Shown: positions 46,840 through 56,627 of the stretch, piece by piece
Numbering within the stretch: position 1 is the stretch's first letter
How the letters are laid out: every line of letters starts with the position of its first letter
Origin: Bacteroidota bacterium
GTDB lineage: Bacteria > Bacteroidota > Bacteroidia > Chitinophagales > Chitinophagaceae
Length of the DNA: 64,000 nt
NCBI GenBank assembly: GCA_023433345.1
Contig: JAEZDA010000017.1
Coordinates: 34,955-98,954 of the forward strand
Direction of reading: 5' to 3'
Position numbers and translations under genes: made by a program
The notes under the pieces: model-generated
Databases searched by the model: none
Seen by the model: the letters and a program-made list of their open reading frames with translations, nothing else
Told to the model about the DNA's origin: nothing

Positions 46840-47943
46840 ATGAAAAAAATTAAATCCGCCCAAATACAAAAGGCGAAGGATACAGAGGAGCAACCTGAAT
46901 ATCTCAAAGGGAGGGGCGCGCAGATAAACACGGCGAACAAATTTCTGAACTCCCATAAAGTAATTGAACATCACGAGGGTATTGACGAATGGGGATCTGA
47001 GGATGAGCGCACATCTTTTATAATGAGCGAGGCCAGGTCAATTGTGAACAGGGTTGATAGTCCTGATGTTGGAATGATGTACAGTATGAACCCTTACGCG
47101 GGGTGCGAGCATGGTTGCATTTATTGTTACGCGCGCAATGCCCATGAATATTGGGGATATAGCGCGGGGCTGGACTTTGAAAGAAAAATAATCGTGAAGC
47201 AGAACGCGCCATTGTTGCTCCGTAAATTTCTGATGAACCCGAAATGGATATGTGAACCCATAACAATGAGTGGAAATACTGATTGCTACCAGCCATGCGA
47301 AAAGAAATTCAGGCTCACAAGATCAATGCTTGAAGTTTGCCGTGAATTCAATCAACCTGTTGGCATGATCACCAAGAACGCAGGTATGTTGCGGGATATG
47401 GATATTCTTAAAGACATGGCGGAAAAAAATCAGGTGTCAATAGTGGTTTCCCTTACAACTCTTAATGAAGACCTGCGGAGGCAGATGGAGCCCCGCACAA
47501 CTACTTCAACACAAAGGCTCAGGCTGATAGAAAAGTTGAGCGAAGAAGGTGTGAGAATGGGAGTGATGATCGGGCCGGTCGTTCCGGGTTTAAATGACCA
47601 CGAAATTCCAGCTATTCTAAAATCTGCTTCTTCAGCCGGCGCATCGTTTTCGGCTTATACATTCGTTCGCCTTAATGGATCTGTTCAGATAATGTTCAAA
47701 GACTGGCTTTATAAAAACTTTCCAGACCGGGCTGATAAGGTCTGGCATTCCATCCAGGACGGGCATGGAGGAAAGGTGAATGACAGCCGCTTCGGCCTGC
47801 GTATGCGCGGCGAGGGAAATAATGCCGAAATCATCAACCAACAATTCAAAAAGTATTCTAAATTATTTGGACTTGATAAAAACAGGTGGGATCTCAACAC
47901 GGCGATGTTCAGGCGGCCGGGTTCGCAACTTGATTTGTTTTGA
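46840..47943 (+). CDS. PA0069/Rv2578c-family (SplB-like) radical SAM protein
   Basis: KGRGAQ, MNPYAGCEHGCIYCYAR (CxxxCxxC), NTDCYQP and C-terminal QLDLF (beta-clamp-binding-like). Confidence 0.9.
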   Translation: MKKIKSAQIQKAKDTEEQPEYLKGRGAQINTANKFLNSHKVIEHHEGIDEWGSEDERTSFIMSEARSIVNRVDSPDVGMMYSMNPYAGCEHGCIYCYARNAHEYWGYSAGLDFERKIIVKQNAPLLLRKFLMNPKWICEPITMSGNTDCYQPCEKKFRLTRSMLEVCREFNQPVGMITKNAGMLRDMDILKDMAEKNQVSIVVSLTTLNEDLRRQMEPRTTTSTQRLRLIEKLSEEGVRMGVMIGPVVPGLNDHEIPAILKSASSAGASFSAYTFVRLNGSVQIMFKDWLYKNFPDRADKVWHSIQDGHGGKVNDSRFGLRMRGEGNNAEIINQQFKKYSKLFGLDKNRWDLNTAMFRRPGSQLDLF

Positions 47944-48005
47944 ACTGATAAGCATCTGTTCCTTTTAACCCGTCAATAAAAATCCATTACTTTTACTTCA
48001 AGTAT

Positions 48006-49460
48006 ATGGAAGATATTATTTCCAGGATCCACCTCCTATTTTCCCGGATATCGGCGGATAAGATCTCTTCAATTGTAAAACTTCCCGAGAGCGGCGGAGA
48101 CAGGAAGTATTACCGTTTTACTGCAAACGGATCAGGAGGTGAAAGGTCCTATATTGCCACATTCAGTACAGATGTAAATGAGAACCGTGTTTTCATTTCA
48201 TGGAGCAGGCATTTTTTTGAAAAGCGTTTGTCCGTTCCGGTTATCTATGCAGTGGCAGATGACAACTCTCTTTATATTCAGGAAGACCTCGGTGATAAAT
48301 CACTGTTAGATATAAGGCTGAAGGAAGGAGACAGTGATTATGTTTTTAGCCTGTATAAGAAATCTCTGCTGGAACTGGCGCGATTGCAAATTCTTGGTGA
48401 CCGCGGTTTAGATTATTCCATAGTTACAACCTCCGGTGAATTTGGAAGAGAGGCTGTATTGCATGATCTTTTATATTTCAAATTTTATTTTGTTGATACG
48501 CTGAAGCTGAAATATGACCGCGAAAAACTTCTTTCCGAGTTTCAGACCATCGCAACTGAATTATCTTCTTCAACAAGAAAGCACTTCATGTTTCGTGACT
48601 TCCAGGGAAGAAATATAATGGTGAGAAACGAGGAAGTTTTTTTTATCGACTACCAGGGTGGAATGAAGGGGCCTGCGGTTTATGATGCAGCCTCGCTTCT
48701 GTGGCAGGCAAAAGCTGATTTAAGCCCGTCGTGGCGGGCAGAATTATTTGAATATTACGTTGAATGTCTCGTGAATATCAGTGACGAGAAAATAGAGCCA
48801 GCTATACTGCGGAAAGAATATCAGGGTCTCGTTCTGTTGCGTCTTCTCCAGGTTCTCGGTGCTTATGGATTTCGCGGCCTGTTTGAAAGAAAACAGCATT
48901 TCATTTCAAGCATACCGAAAGGGATTGAAAATCTTTCTGCTTTTAAATCAGACTTCGGAATCCCTGGTAAATATCCCGAATTGAATCATGTGGTATCGCT
49001 TTTAATTGAAGACGAAAGCCTGCAGAAAATGGAAGCCAGGTCCGCGATTGATTCTCCATTGCTCGTAACCATCAACAGCTTTTCTTTCACTCAACGCGGT
49101 TATCCTCCAGACGCAACCGGAAACGGAGGCGGCTTTGTTTTTGATTGCCGCGGCATTCTAAACCCCGGACGAATCGATGAATACAAATCTCAAACAGGCA
49201 GAGACGAACCTGTGAAAGTATACCTTGAACAACGGACGCGGATGCCTGAATTTCTGCGCACAGTTTATGATACCGTAGATATTGCAGTGGAGAATTACAT
49301 AGAAAGGGGTTTCGAAAACCTCACCGTGAGCTTTGGCTGCACAGGCGGCAGGCACCGGAGCGTGTATGCGGCAGATTCACTTGCAAAACATCTCCGGGAA
49401 AAATATAAGGTACGCACAAGCGTGAATCATCTGGAGCAAAACTACACTGAGAATATATGA
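48006..49460 (+). CDS. AmgK-like anomeric sugar kinase fused to a RapZ C-terminal domain
   Basis: GGDRKYYR, QEDLG, MFRDFQGRNIM and IDYQG (APH/choline kinase fold); C-terminal INSFSF, FVFDCR and FGCTGGRHRSV (RapZ-C). Confidence 0.85.
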   Translation: MEDIISRIHLLFSRISADKISSIVKLPESGGDRKYYRFTANGSGGERSYIATFSTDVNENRVFISWSRHFFEKRLSVPVIYAVADDNSLYIQEDLGDKSLLDIRLKEGDSDYVFSLYKKSLLELARLQILGDRGLDYSIVTTSGEFGREAVLHDLLYFKFYFVDTLKLKYDREKLLSEFQTIATELSSSTRKHFMFRDFQGRNIMVRNEEVFFIDYQGGMKGPAVYDAASLLWQAKADLSPSWRAELFEYYVECLVNISDEKIEPAILRKEYQGLVLLRLLQVLGAYGFRGLFERKQHFISSIPKGIENLSAFKSDFGIPGKYPELNHVVSLLIEDESLQKMEARSAIDSPLLVTINSFSFTQRGYPPDATGNGGGFVFDCRGILNPGRIDEYKSQTGRDEPVKVYLEQRTRMPEFLRTVYDTVDIAVENYIERGFENLTVSFGCTGGRHRSVYAADSLAKHLREKYKVRTSVNHLEQNYTENI

Positions 49461-50176
49461 TAAAGCAGGCAATGATATTTTCAGCGGGGCTTGGTACGCG
49501 GTTCAAACCGTGGACAGACAAACATCCCAAAGCCCTGGCCCTGGTGAATGGCAAGTCTTTACTGCAGAGGAACATCGAATACCTGCAGCAATACGGCATT
49601 TACCGGGTGATTATAAATGTTCATCATTTCGCAGAGCAGGTTTTAGATGCCGTTGAGAAAAATAGGGGATGGGGCAGCCAAATTATAATAAGCGATGAAC
49701 AGCATGAATTGCTGGAAACCGGTGGTGGTCTGCTTCACGCAAGAGAGCTTTTTCAGGAAGAACCGTTTATCACGCTTAACGTAGACGTGCTGACAAAACT
49801 TAACCTTTTTGAGATCCAGGATTTTTGGAAGCGCACCGGCGCCTTGTTAACCCTGAGTGTACAGGATAGAGATACTTCAAGATATTTTTTGTTTGATGAA
49901 AGCATGAAGCTGGCCGGCTGGCGAAACATTAAAACAGGCGAAGAGAGAATTGTGAGAGCGCTAACAGGAGTTATACAAAAGGCCTATAGTTGTGTGGCAG
50001 TTTATGATCCCCGCATATTTGATCTTATTCCACAGCGCGGAAAATTTTCTCTCACTGAAACTTTTTTAAGCCTGGCATCCGATCACCTAATCAATGGCTT
50101 TGAGCATCCGGAGGATGATTTTGTGGATGTAGGAAAACCTGAAAGCGTAGCGGTTGCAGAAGAAAGATTTAAATAG
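49457..50176 (+). CDS. murU: MurU-like nucleotidyltransferase
   Basis: AMIFSAGLGTRFKPWT, PKAL, INVHH and LLETGGG; coupled to the amgK-like gene. Confidence 0.8.
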   Translation: MIKQAMIFSAGLGTRFKPWTDKHPKALALVNGKSLLQRNIEYLQQYGIYRVIINVHHFAEQVLDAVEKNRGWGSQIIISDEQHELLETGGGLLHARELFQEEPFITLNVDVLTKLNLFEIQDFWKRTGALLTLSVQDRDTSRYFLFDESMKLAGWRNIKTGEERIVRALTGVIQKAYSCVAVYDPRIFDLIPQRGKFSLTETFLSLASDHLINGFEHPEDDFVDVGKPESVAVAEERFK

Positions 50177-50208
50177 CTTAGTTCTGCCGCAGAACTGTTG
50201 TTACCTGA

Positions 50209-51597
50209 TCAATCTTTCTTTTCAAACAATTCTTTCTTTTCCACTGCTTTTACCTCTGAACCATCCTTGAGAGTTTTGCTCACCACATCGTAAGGGCCAG
50301 ACACAACAACATCACCCTCCTTTAATCCGCTCTTGATTTCTATAAAGTTCAGATCCTGAATGCTTGTTTCCACCTTTACTTTTTTCACCTTATTGTCTGT
50401 TCCTACAACATACACTACCACATCGAGATCATCGTTGTCGCTGGCAGGCTTTTCAGTTCCTGTTGCCGCTGGTTTTTTTGAAGTGCTGTCGACCTTTTCG
50501 CGCGTGGTAACAGCATTTATCGGAACGCTCAATACATCAACATGCGTTTCAGTTTGTATGTCTGCGCTTGCATTCATTCCCGGCCGGAAAGGGAAGGAGC
50601 CACGTCTTCCTACAAGGTCTGCATAACTGGATGTATCCAGCCTGATGTACACTTTGTATTGCGTTACATCATTTCCTGTGGCGAGTTGACTTGCCTGTGC
50701 GGCGCCGGTATTACTGCTCGCAATCTGCATTACCACTCCTGTAAATTTTCTTTCGCTGTAGGCATCGATGGTAACCACCGCCTTGTCGCCGATCTTCACC
50801 TTTGGTACATCGTTTTCACCAACATCAACACGTACCTCAATTTTAGACATATCCGCAATTCTCAGCATCTCTGTTCCGGCCATCATATTACTCCCAACCA
50901 CGCGTTCGCCTTTCTTCACATTCAACAAGCTAACCACTCCTCCCATCGGGGCTACAATAGCCGTTCTGCTAAGATCTTTATTTGCTCTTTCAAGCACAGC
51001 CCTTGCGCTTTGTACATTAGCCTTTGCGCTTTGAACCCCTGCCTGGCCGCCACGTATACCTTCAAGAGCTGCATTATAATTAGCCTTAGCAGATTTTAAT
51101 GCCGCATCAGCAACATTGAATTCATTGCGGCTTATAACCTTTTCATCAAATAACTTCTTTTGCATATCATAGGTACGCTGCGCCTGTTCGAGAGAAGCCT
51201 TCAATGCTTCAAGGTTGGCCTGGGAGTTTGCAACCTGCGCCATGGAACTTGCCACCTGCGCTTCACTTTGAGCCACACCACTTGCCGCCTGGTCGCGCTG
51301 GCTGCTGTATATGTCTGCGTAAATGCGACCAAGTAATTGTCCTTTTTTTACAGTGTCTCCTTCCATTACGTTCAGCTCAGTGATCTCACCGCTGATATCA
51401 GGGCTCACCTTCACTTCTATCTCGGGATAAACCTTTCCGCTTGCGTTCACAACTTCAATGATAGTTCGCTTCTGAACTTTCTCGGTGGTAACCTTTATCC
51501 CTTCTGCCTTTCCGAATACGCCCATCTTAGATAATACAACAAGTAGAACTATTAATGCACTGAGGCTTATTAAAACCCATTTGGTTTTCTTATTCAT
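50209..51597 (-). CDS. Efflux membrane-fusion (periplasmic adaptor) protein
   Basis: N-terminal TM, biotinyl-lipoyl VMEGDTVKKGQLL, long coiled coil and FRPGMNA. Confidence 0.92.
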   Translation of the reverse strand: MNKKTKWVLISLSALIVLLVVLSKMGVFGKAEGIKVTTEKVQKRTIIEVVNASGKVYPEIEVKVSPDISGEITELNVMEGDTVKKGQLLGRIYADIYSSQRDQAASGVAQSEAQVASSMAQVANSQANLEALKASLEQAQRTYDMQKKLFDEKVISRNEFNVADAALKSAKANYNAALEGIRGGQAGVQSAKANVQSARAVLERANKDLSRTAIVAPMGGVVSLLNVKKGERVVGSNMMAGTEMLRIADMSKIEVRVDVGENDVPKVKIGDKAVVTIDAYSERKFTGVVMQIASSNTGAAQASQLATGNDVTQYKVYIRLDTSSYADLVGRRGSFPFRPGMNASADIQTETHVDVLSVPINAVTTREKVDSTSKKPAATGTEKPASDNDDLDVVVYVVGTDNKVKKVKVETSIQDLNFIEIKSGLKEGDVVVSGPYDVVSKTLKDGSEVKAVEKKELFEKKD

Positions 51598-51654
51598 ATA
51601 CTTCGTTTATGCTTTGGCGTTATGCCGTTCGTTTCCCTTACGATTTTCTCCGGT

Positions 51655-53082
51655 TTATAATTTCAGGCCCATTCCTTTGTAAAATTCCAAAACCTTCATT
51701 TTAAAAACATAATCAAAAAGGTTTATGGTATTTTCAAGTTTTGCTCTTAAGAGATTATTTTGTGTAGTAACCAGTTCAAATGTGCTCAGCATTCCTACAT
51801 CAAATCTTTTGGAAGCATACTCAAAAGTTTGCTCAGAGATCGACAGGTTCTTTACTGAGGCATTGTGTCTTTCAAGGGCAGTGATCGCGGCATTATATGC
51901 CTGGTAAATGTCCTGCTTAAGCTTTTGATCATCCTGTATCTTTTGCAGATCAAGTGAATTAACATTTAACCTGTTTCTTTCATATGCTGTTCTCAACGCG
52001 CCACCGTTAAATAATGGAACATTTAGGGAAAGACCTATAGACTGGCGAAAATTATCTGACAACTGTGTGCCAAAAGGGGTTTTAGTATAAGTGAAGTTAT
52101 TGAAAGGTGTAATTGGAAAAACGCTGTAAGTTGTACCTCCCACAACAACATTCCCAACAGGAGTATTCACCGGTGTGATACCTGTAATTTGCAGGGCTTG
52201 GTTGTTAAATGCACTTCCTAGCGTTCCGAAGGCGCCAAGCGTAGGCAGCATTGCGCCTTTAGATGCTTTCACCATTTTTTCTGCAGCCTTTAAGCGAAAA
52301 TCATTTACTTTCTGCAATGGTTGATTGGCTAGGGCAAGTTTGTAAACCGCTTCCGGCTGAAGATCAGCAATGGGTTCAAGAGGAATTGATGATGCAGGCG
52401 GCGTTTCAACATCAAATGGCGCTGCAGCATCTATGTTCATGTAAGATTTCAAAAGGAGTACAGCTTCGCGACTGTTTCCCTGCGCCGTGATATAATTAAC
52501 ACTGTCCAGTGCTAGTTGTGCTTCGAGCTGAGAAGCATTTAATTCAGGCAGGGAGCCTGCGTCAACCATTCTTCTTGTGTTAATTAATTGCGCTGAAGTT
52601 TGCTGAATTTGCACAAGCGCAATATTTTCCTGTTCTTTCGCCAACAATATCTGCAGGTATGCATTGGCCGCCGTTAGTGCGATGTCATACCGCAGTTTGT
52701 CAACGTTCGCCCGCGCAGCCTTAAGTTCCCATTCATTTGCAAGAATGGTATTGCGTTTACTGAAGAAATTAAAGATATCTGCGCTGGATTGTAATTGAAG
52801 GTTTGCTGCACTGTATGTTTCAGTGATCCGGTTAAAAGTGGTAGGATCTTGGTTGCTTCCGGAGTTGACGCTTACTCCTCCCGAGAATTGAACGGCTGGA
52901 AACACGCCGAGTTTTGATTGCTTTAAGTTTAGCTTGCTCACTTCAGCCTGCACCTCGCTTTGCCTTACTCCAAGATTATTCTTCATCGCGTAATCTACAA
53001 CCGTGCGCAGATTCCATTTTTCCTGGGCGAAGAGGTTTCCTGCTGACAGCATAGCAATAATAAGAACAGCTATCTTCTTCAT
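51655..53082 (-). CDS. TolC-family outer membrane efflux protein
   Basis: Signal peptide from ATG 53082 (MKKIAVLII), LSLNVPLFNG and RFDVGMLSTFEL. Confidence 0.92.
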   Translation of the reverse strand: MKKIAVLIIAMLSAGNLFAQEKWNLRTVVDYAMKNNLGVRQSEVQAEVSKLNLKQSKLGVFPAVQFSGGVSVNSGSNQDPTTFNRITETYSAANLQLQSSADIFNFFSKRNTILANEWELKAARANVDKLRYDIALTAANAYLQILLAKEQENIALVQIQQTSAQLINTRRMVDAGSLPELNASQLEAQLALDSVNYITAQGNSREAVLLLKSYMNIDAAAPFDVETPPASSIPLEPIADLQPEAVYKLALANQPLQKVNDFRLKAAEKMVKASKGAMLPTLGAFGTLGSAFNNQALQITGITPVNTPVGNVVVGGTTYSVFPITPFNNFTYTKTPFGTQLSDNFRQSIGLSLNVPLFNGGALRTAYERNRLNVNSLDLQKIQDDQKLKQDIYQAYNAAITALERHNASVKNLSISEQTFEYASKRFDVGMLSTFELVTTQNNLLRAKLENTINLFDYVFKMKVLEFYKGMGLKL

Positions 53083-53179
53083 CGCGCAAAAATACTTATA
53101 AAATGAGCCATCAGCTAAACAGAGGTTCACAACATTCATTTTTTTATTGTTGAAAGAAATACCAATACATTTGCACCGA

Positions 53180-53358
53180 ATTTGGTTCCCGGAAAAAAAA
53201 CGGGATTAAAAGGGAAGTCCGGTATAAAATTCCGGCGCTATCCCCGTAGCTGTAAAACATTTGCAAGGCACTCAAAGCCTTGCCCGGTCGAAACTCCAGC
53301 CACTGTCTTTATGATGGGAAGGTATTTGAACCGGTGTTTAGCCAGAAGACCTGCCAGT
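53180..53358 (+). ncRNA. Cobalamin (B12) riboswitch
   Basis: GGTTC...TTAAAAGGGAAGTCCGGT...CCGGCGCTATCCCCGTAGCTGT...GCCACTG...GGGAAGG...AGCCAGAAGACCTGCC (B12 box); TACATTTG -7 promoter at 53166-53173; upstream of a TonB receptor. Confidence 0.93.
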
Positions 53359-53443
53359 TCATTTCTAATTATTCAACGCTTTCGGGTGAAAAGCAGAGGA
53401 ACAAAATTCGTGGTGTTCGTTTGTTACCTTACTTTTTCCTCGT

Positions 53444-55459
53444 TTGCCATATGATCATATTTTGAGCATTAAAGTTTATCTTTTTTCTTTCTTCTTGCTA
53501 TGGGCTGCAGGCGTGGCTGGTCAGGATGCAGATACATTGCCCGGAGTAAAAGTGAAGGGGCGATTGCCTGCCGGTATCGCTGCTTCTTCCTCGCCTGTGC
53601 AGGAGATGAACAAAAAGGATATTCAACAAAGTAACAGCCTCACCGTAGCCGACGCAGTAAAATTTTTCCCGGGCGTGCTGGTAAGAGATTATGGCGGAAT
53701 CGGTGGTTTGAAAACCATATCGGTACGAAGCCTTGGGGCAAACCATACCGGCGTTTTATATGATGGAATGATAATGGGCGATGCGCGCGCAGGCCTAATT
53801 GATCTTGGAAGAATTTCCACTGAAAACCTTGACTACATCAGGCTCTATCAATCCGGCGGAACAGATGCATTGCTCCCCGCAAGAAGTTACGCCAGCGCAA
53901 ACCTTCTGGTAATGGCCACATCAACATCATTTCTGAAAGATGCTTCAGAAACATGGTTTTCTTTTAAAGCTGGTTCTTTTGGTTTGATAAATCCTTCTGC
54001 CGGGTTCGCTTTCAATATAAACGACCGGGCTTCCCTGTTCGTTAATGGTGAATACCAGAGAGCACATGGAGGTTACAATTATAAAAACTATTTCAACAGT
54101 GGTAGATCCGAAAGAAAAAATGGTGACGTTAACCAGGGCCGGCTTGAACTTGACCTGCCTGTTCGGTTGGCTGACAGCAGTCTGCTTAAAGCTAAGGTTT
54201 ATTATCACGAGGCTCGTCGCGGTCTGCCGGGCTCTGTGGTTTTGTATAATGAAACTGCAAATGAATGGCTCGACAACACCCACCTTTTTGCCCAGATCAA
54301 TTGGAGGAAAAGGTTATCAGCTAAATGGAACCTTTCCTTAGGAGCGAAATCAATGTTTGACCGTCAAAAGTATTCCGACCCTGATTTTCTAAACAATGAA
54401 GGTTACCTGGAAAATGATTTTCACCAGTATGAACATTATGTTACAGCAGCTTTCGGCTACGCCCTGAACCGGTTCATGCGTGTTTCTTTTTCTTCCGACT
54501 ACTTCATGAACACGCTGAAAAGGGAAGATGCATTTGACTCGCAGTTTGCGGAACCTTCAAGGAAAAGCTTATTAACTAATATAGCGCTTACGTTTACGCG
54601 TACACGAATTTCTGCGGATGCTAATCTCCTGTACACGGGAGTGAGTAACCGGTCCCGCCTCAACGGGTCTGAAAATAATTTCCGGGAGCTGTCGCCTGCA
54701 GCCTCAGCATCCCTTCAGCCCTTAAAACAACTTCCACTCAGGTTTAGGGCCATGTTCAAAGAAATCTTCCGGCCGCCTTCGCTTGACGATCTGTTTTTTA
54801 CTTTCATAGGGAATGCTGAATTAAGGCCGGAAAGATCCCGCCAATACGGAGTGGGTTTAACATGGGAGTCCTTTAACCAAAGCGGTCTTTTTCGCCATTT
54901 GTTATTTACGGCAGATGGATATTTTGTAAGAGTTAATGACAAGATAATTGCACTGCCAAGAACCAATTTGTTTCAGTGGAGCATGATGAACGTTGGCAAG
55001 GCGGAAACGAGATCTGTTGACCTGGCTGCCGATTTGGGCATGCACGCAGGGAGCACCATTCTCAGAACCAATATATCCTACAGTTATCAGAACGCTGAGG
55101 ATGTCACACAATCAGGAACCCCATCGTTCAAGCGCCAGCTAGTCTATATCCCTGTTCATTCCGGGAGTGCCCGGCTGATGGTGGAAAGAGCGAAGATCTC
55201 CGCATCGTGGAATGTGCTTTTTTCGGGCGACCGTTACCGCGCAGGAGATCAGAACAACGATAACCTCGTAAAGGGATACCTGATAAATGATCTGCATTTT
55301 CAATACTCAGCGAAAAGACTGAAGAGCTGGAATTATACAATTTCACTCCAGCTAAACAATATTCTGAACGAACAATACGATGTGGTAAAATATTTTCCTA
55401 TGCCGGGTTTTAACTGGCGGGTGTCATTTAAGGTAGATCATAAAAAAATTAAAAAGTAA
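53444..55459 (+). CDS. btuB: TonB-dependent receptor, BtuB-like (start uncertain; could be TTG 53462)
   Basis: Plug motif RDYGGIGGLKTISVRSLGANHT, LRPERS and C-terminal NNILNEQYDVVKYFPMPG; directly under the B12 riboswitch. Confidence 0.85.
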   Translation: MPYDHILSIKVYLFSFFLLWAAGVAGQDADTLPGVKVKGRLPAGIAASSSPVQEMNKKDIQQSNSLTVADAVKFFPGVLVRDYGGIGGLKTISVRSLGANHTGVLYDGMIMGDARAGLIDLGRISTENLDYIRLYQSGGTDALLPARSYASANLLVMATSTSFLKDASETWFSFKAGSFGLINPSAGFAFNINDRASLFVNGEYQRAHGGYNYKNYFNSGRSERKNGDVNQGRLELDLPVRLADSSLLKAKVYYHEARRGLPGSVVLYNETANEWLDNTHLFAQINWRKRLSAKWNLSLGAKSMFDRQKYSDPDFLNNEGYLENDFHQYEHYVTAAFGYALNRFMRVSFSSDYFMNTLKREDAFDSQFAEPSRKSLLTNIALTFTRTRISADANLLYTGVSNRSRLNGSENNFRELSPAASASLQPLKQLPLRFRAMFKEIFRPPSLDDLFFTFIGNAELRPERSRQYGVGLTWESFNQSGLFRHLLFTADGYFVRVNDKIIALPRTNLFQWSMMNVGKAETRSVDLAADLGMHAGSTILRTNISYSYQNAEDVTQSGTPSFKRQLVYIPVHSGSARLMVERAKISASWNVLFSGDRYRAGDQNNDNLVKGYLINDLHFQYSAKRLKSWNYTISLQLNNILNEQYDVVKYFPMPGFNWRVSFKVDHKKIKK

Positions 55460-55470
55460 AAAAATAAATC

Positions 55471-56556
55471 ATGAAAAATCGTTTTCTCCTTGTAGCTATC
55501 GTTTCACTGGTGTTTGCATCATGTAAAAAAGATGATGTGCCAAATCCCGGGCCTTCCGTACCGGCGGCAAAAGGTATTTATATATTGAGCGAAGGATTCT
55601 TCGGCGGCAATAACTCAAAGCTTGCATTCAGAGATGCTGCCACCTCCCTGTTGTACAATGATTTTTTTCTTCAGCAAAATCCTGCACAAACATTGGGGCT
55701 TGGAGACACGGGAACTGACCTCCTCATTTATGGAGGAAAGATATATATCGTAATGAATAATTCAGCTAATGTTACCGTACTTGATGCATCAAATGGTACA
55801 TTCATCAGCCGGATTTCTTTTCTTAATGGCACGGTGAATAAGAATCCGCGTTATGCAGTTGGAGCAGGAGGAAAAGTATTTGTTTCAGCATTCGACAATA
55901 CAATATCTGTGATTGACACTTCCTCACTTGCAATAACGGGCTCAATTACAGTTGGTGCAAACCCGGAGCAGGTGATCGCAACGGACAATTATTTGTATGT
56001 GGCTAATTCGGGAGGACTTAATTATCCTGATGTAGACAGCACGGTATCTGTGGTTGATCTGAACAGCCTTACTGAGATCAAAAAGATCACCGTGGGCTTG
56101 AATCCGCAAAGGCTTGCAATCAACAGCCAGGGAAATATACTTGTAACGGGATATGGAGATGCCTTCGCCGCTGTTCCTGTTCCGGCCTTTGTAAAAATGA
56201 TTAATGGAACCTCGAATGAGTTAATGAATGTTACAGTGGCAGATCACGAGTATGATCATGTGAAGGTGTTTGAGAATAAGGCTTACCTGTTCAATAACTA
56301 CGGCGGAGGAAATATCAAGCTGGTGGATGCAAATGATCTGTCAGTGATTAGGAACAACTTTATTACGGATGGTACAGTAATTACCAATGTATACGCCATT
56401 GATATCGACGAACAAAATGGTGACGTTTTCATTTGTGATTCAAAAGATTTCACATCGGCTGGTGAAGTCTTTTGCTTTGATACTGAAGGAAGAAAGAAAT
56501 ATTCGTTCAGTATTGCTCCGGGCATCAGTCCGAATAAAGTAGCATTCCTCCGGTAA
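55471..56556 (+). CDS. Surface beta-propeller lipoprotein, BtuG-like
   Basis: Lipobox FAS-C followed by KKDD (surface-export-like), LGLGDTG, IYIVMNNS, PRY and YVANSGG repeats; downstream of btuB. Confidence 0.82.
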   Translation: MKNRFLLVAIVSLVFASCKKDDVPNPGPSVPAAKGIYILSEGFFGGNNSKLAFRDAATSLLYNDFFLQQNPAQTLGLGDTGTDLLIYGGKIYIVMNNSANVTVLDASNGTFISRISFLNGTVNKNPRYAVGAGGKVFVSAFDNTISVIDTSSLAITGSITVGANPEQVIATDNYLYVANSGGLNYPDVDSTVSVVDLNSLTEIKKITVGLNPQRLAINSQGNILVTGYGDAFAAVPVPAFVKMINGTSNELMNVTVADHEYDHVKVFENKAYLFNNYGGGNIKLVDANDLSVIRNNFITDGTVITNVYAIDIDEQNGDVFICDSKDFTSAGEVFCFDTEGRKKYSFSIAPGISPNKVAFLR

Positions 56557-56627
56557 ATGATTTCGAAATGATTTGCAGTGTGATGAAATAGCCGTAATTT
56601 TTTCAAGTTATATCATCCAATCACTAC

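Noticed and set aside
53182..53465. Short ORFs of 90 and 61 aa upstream of btuB
   Set aside because: They overlap the cobalamin riboswitch and its expression platform and show no protein-like features
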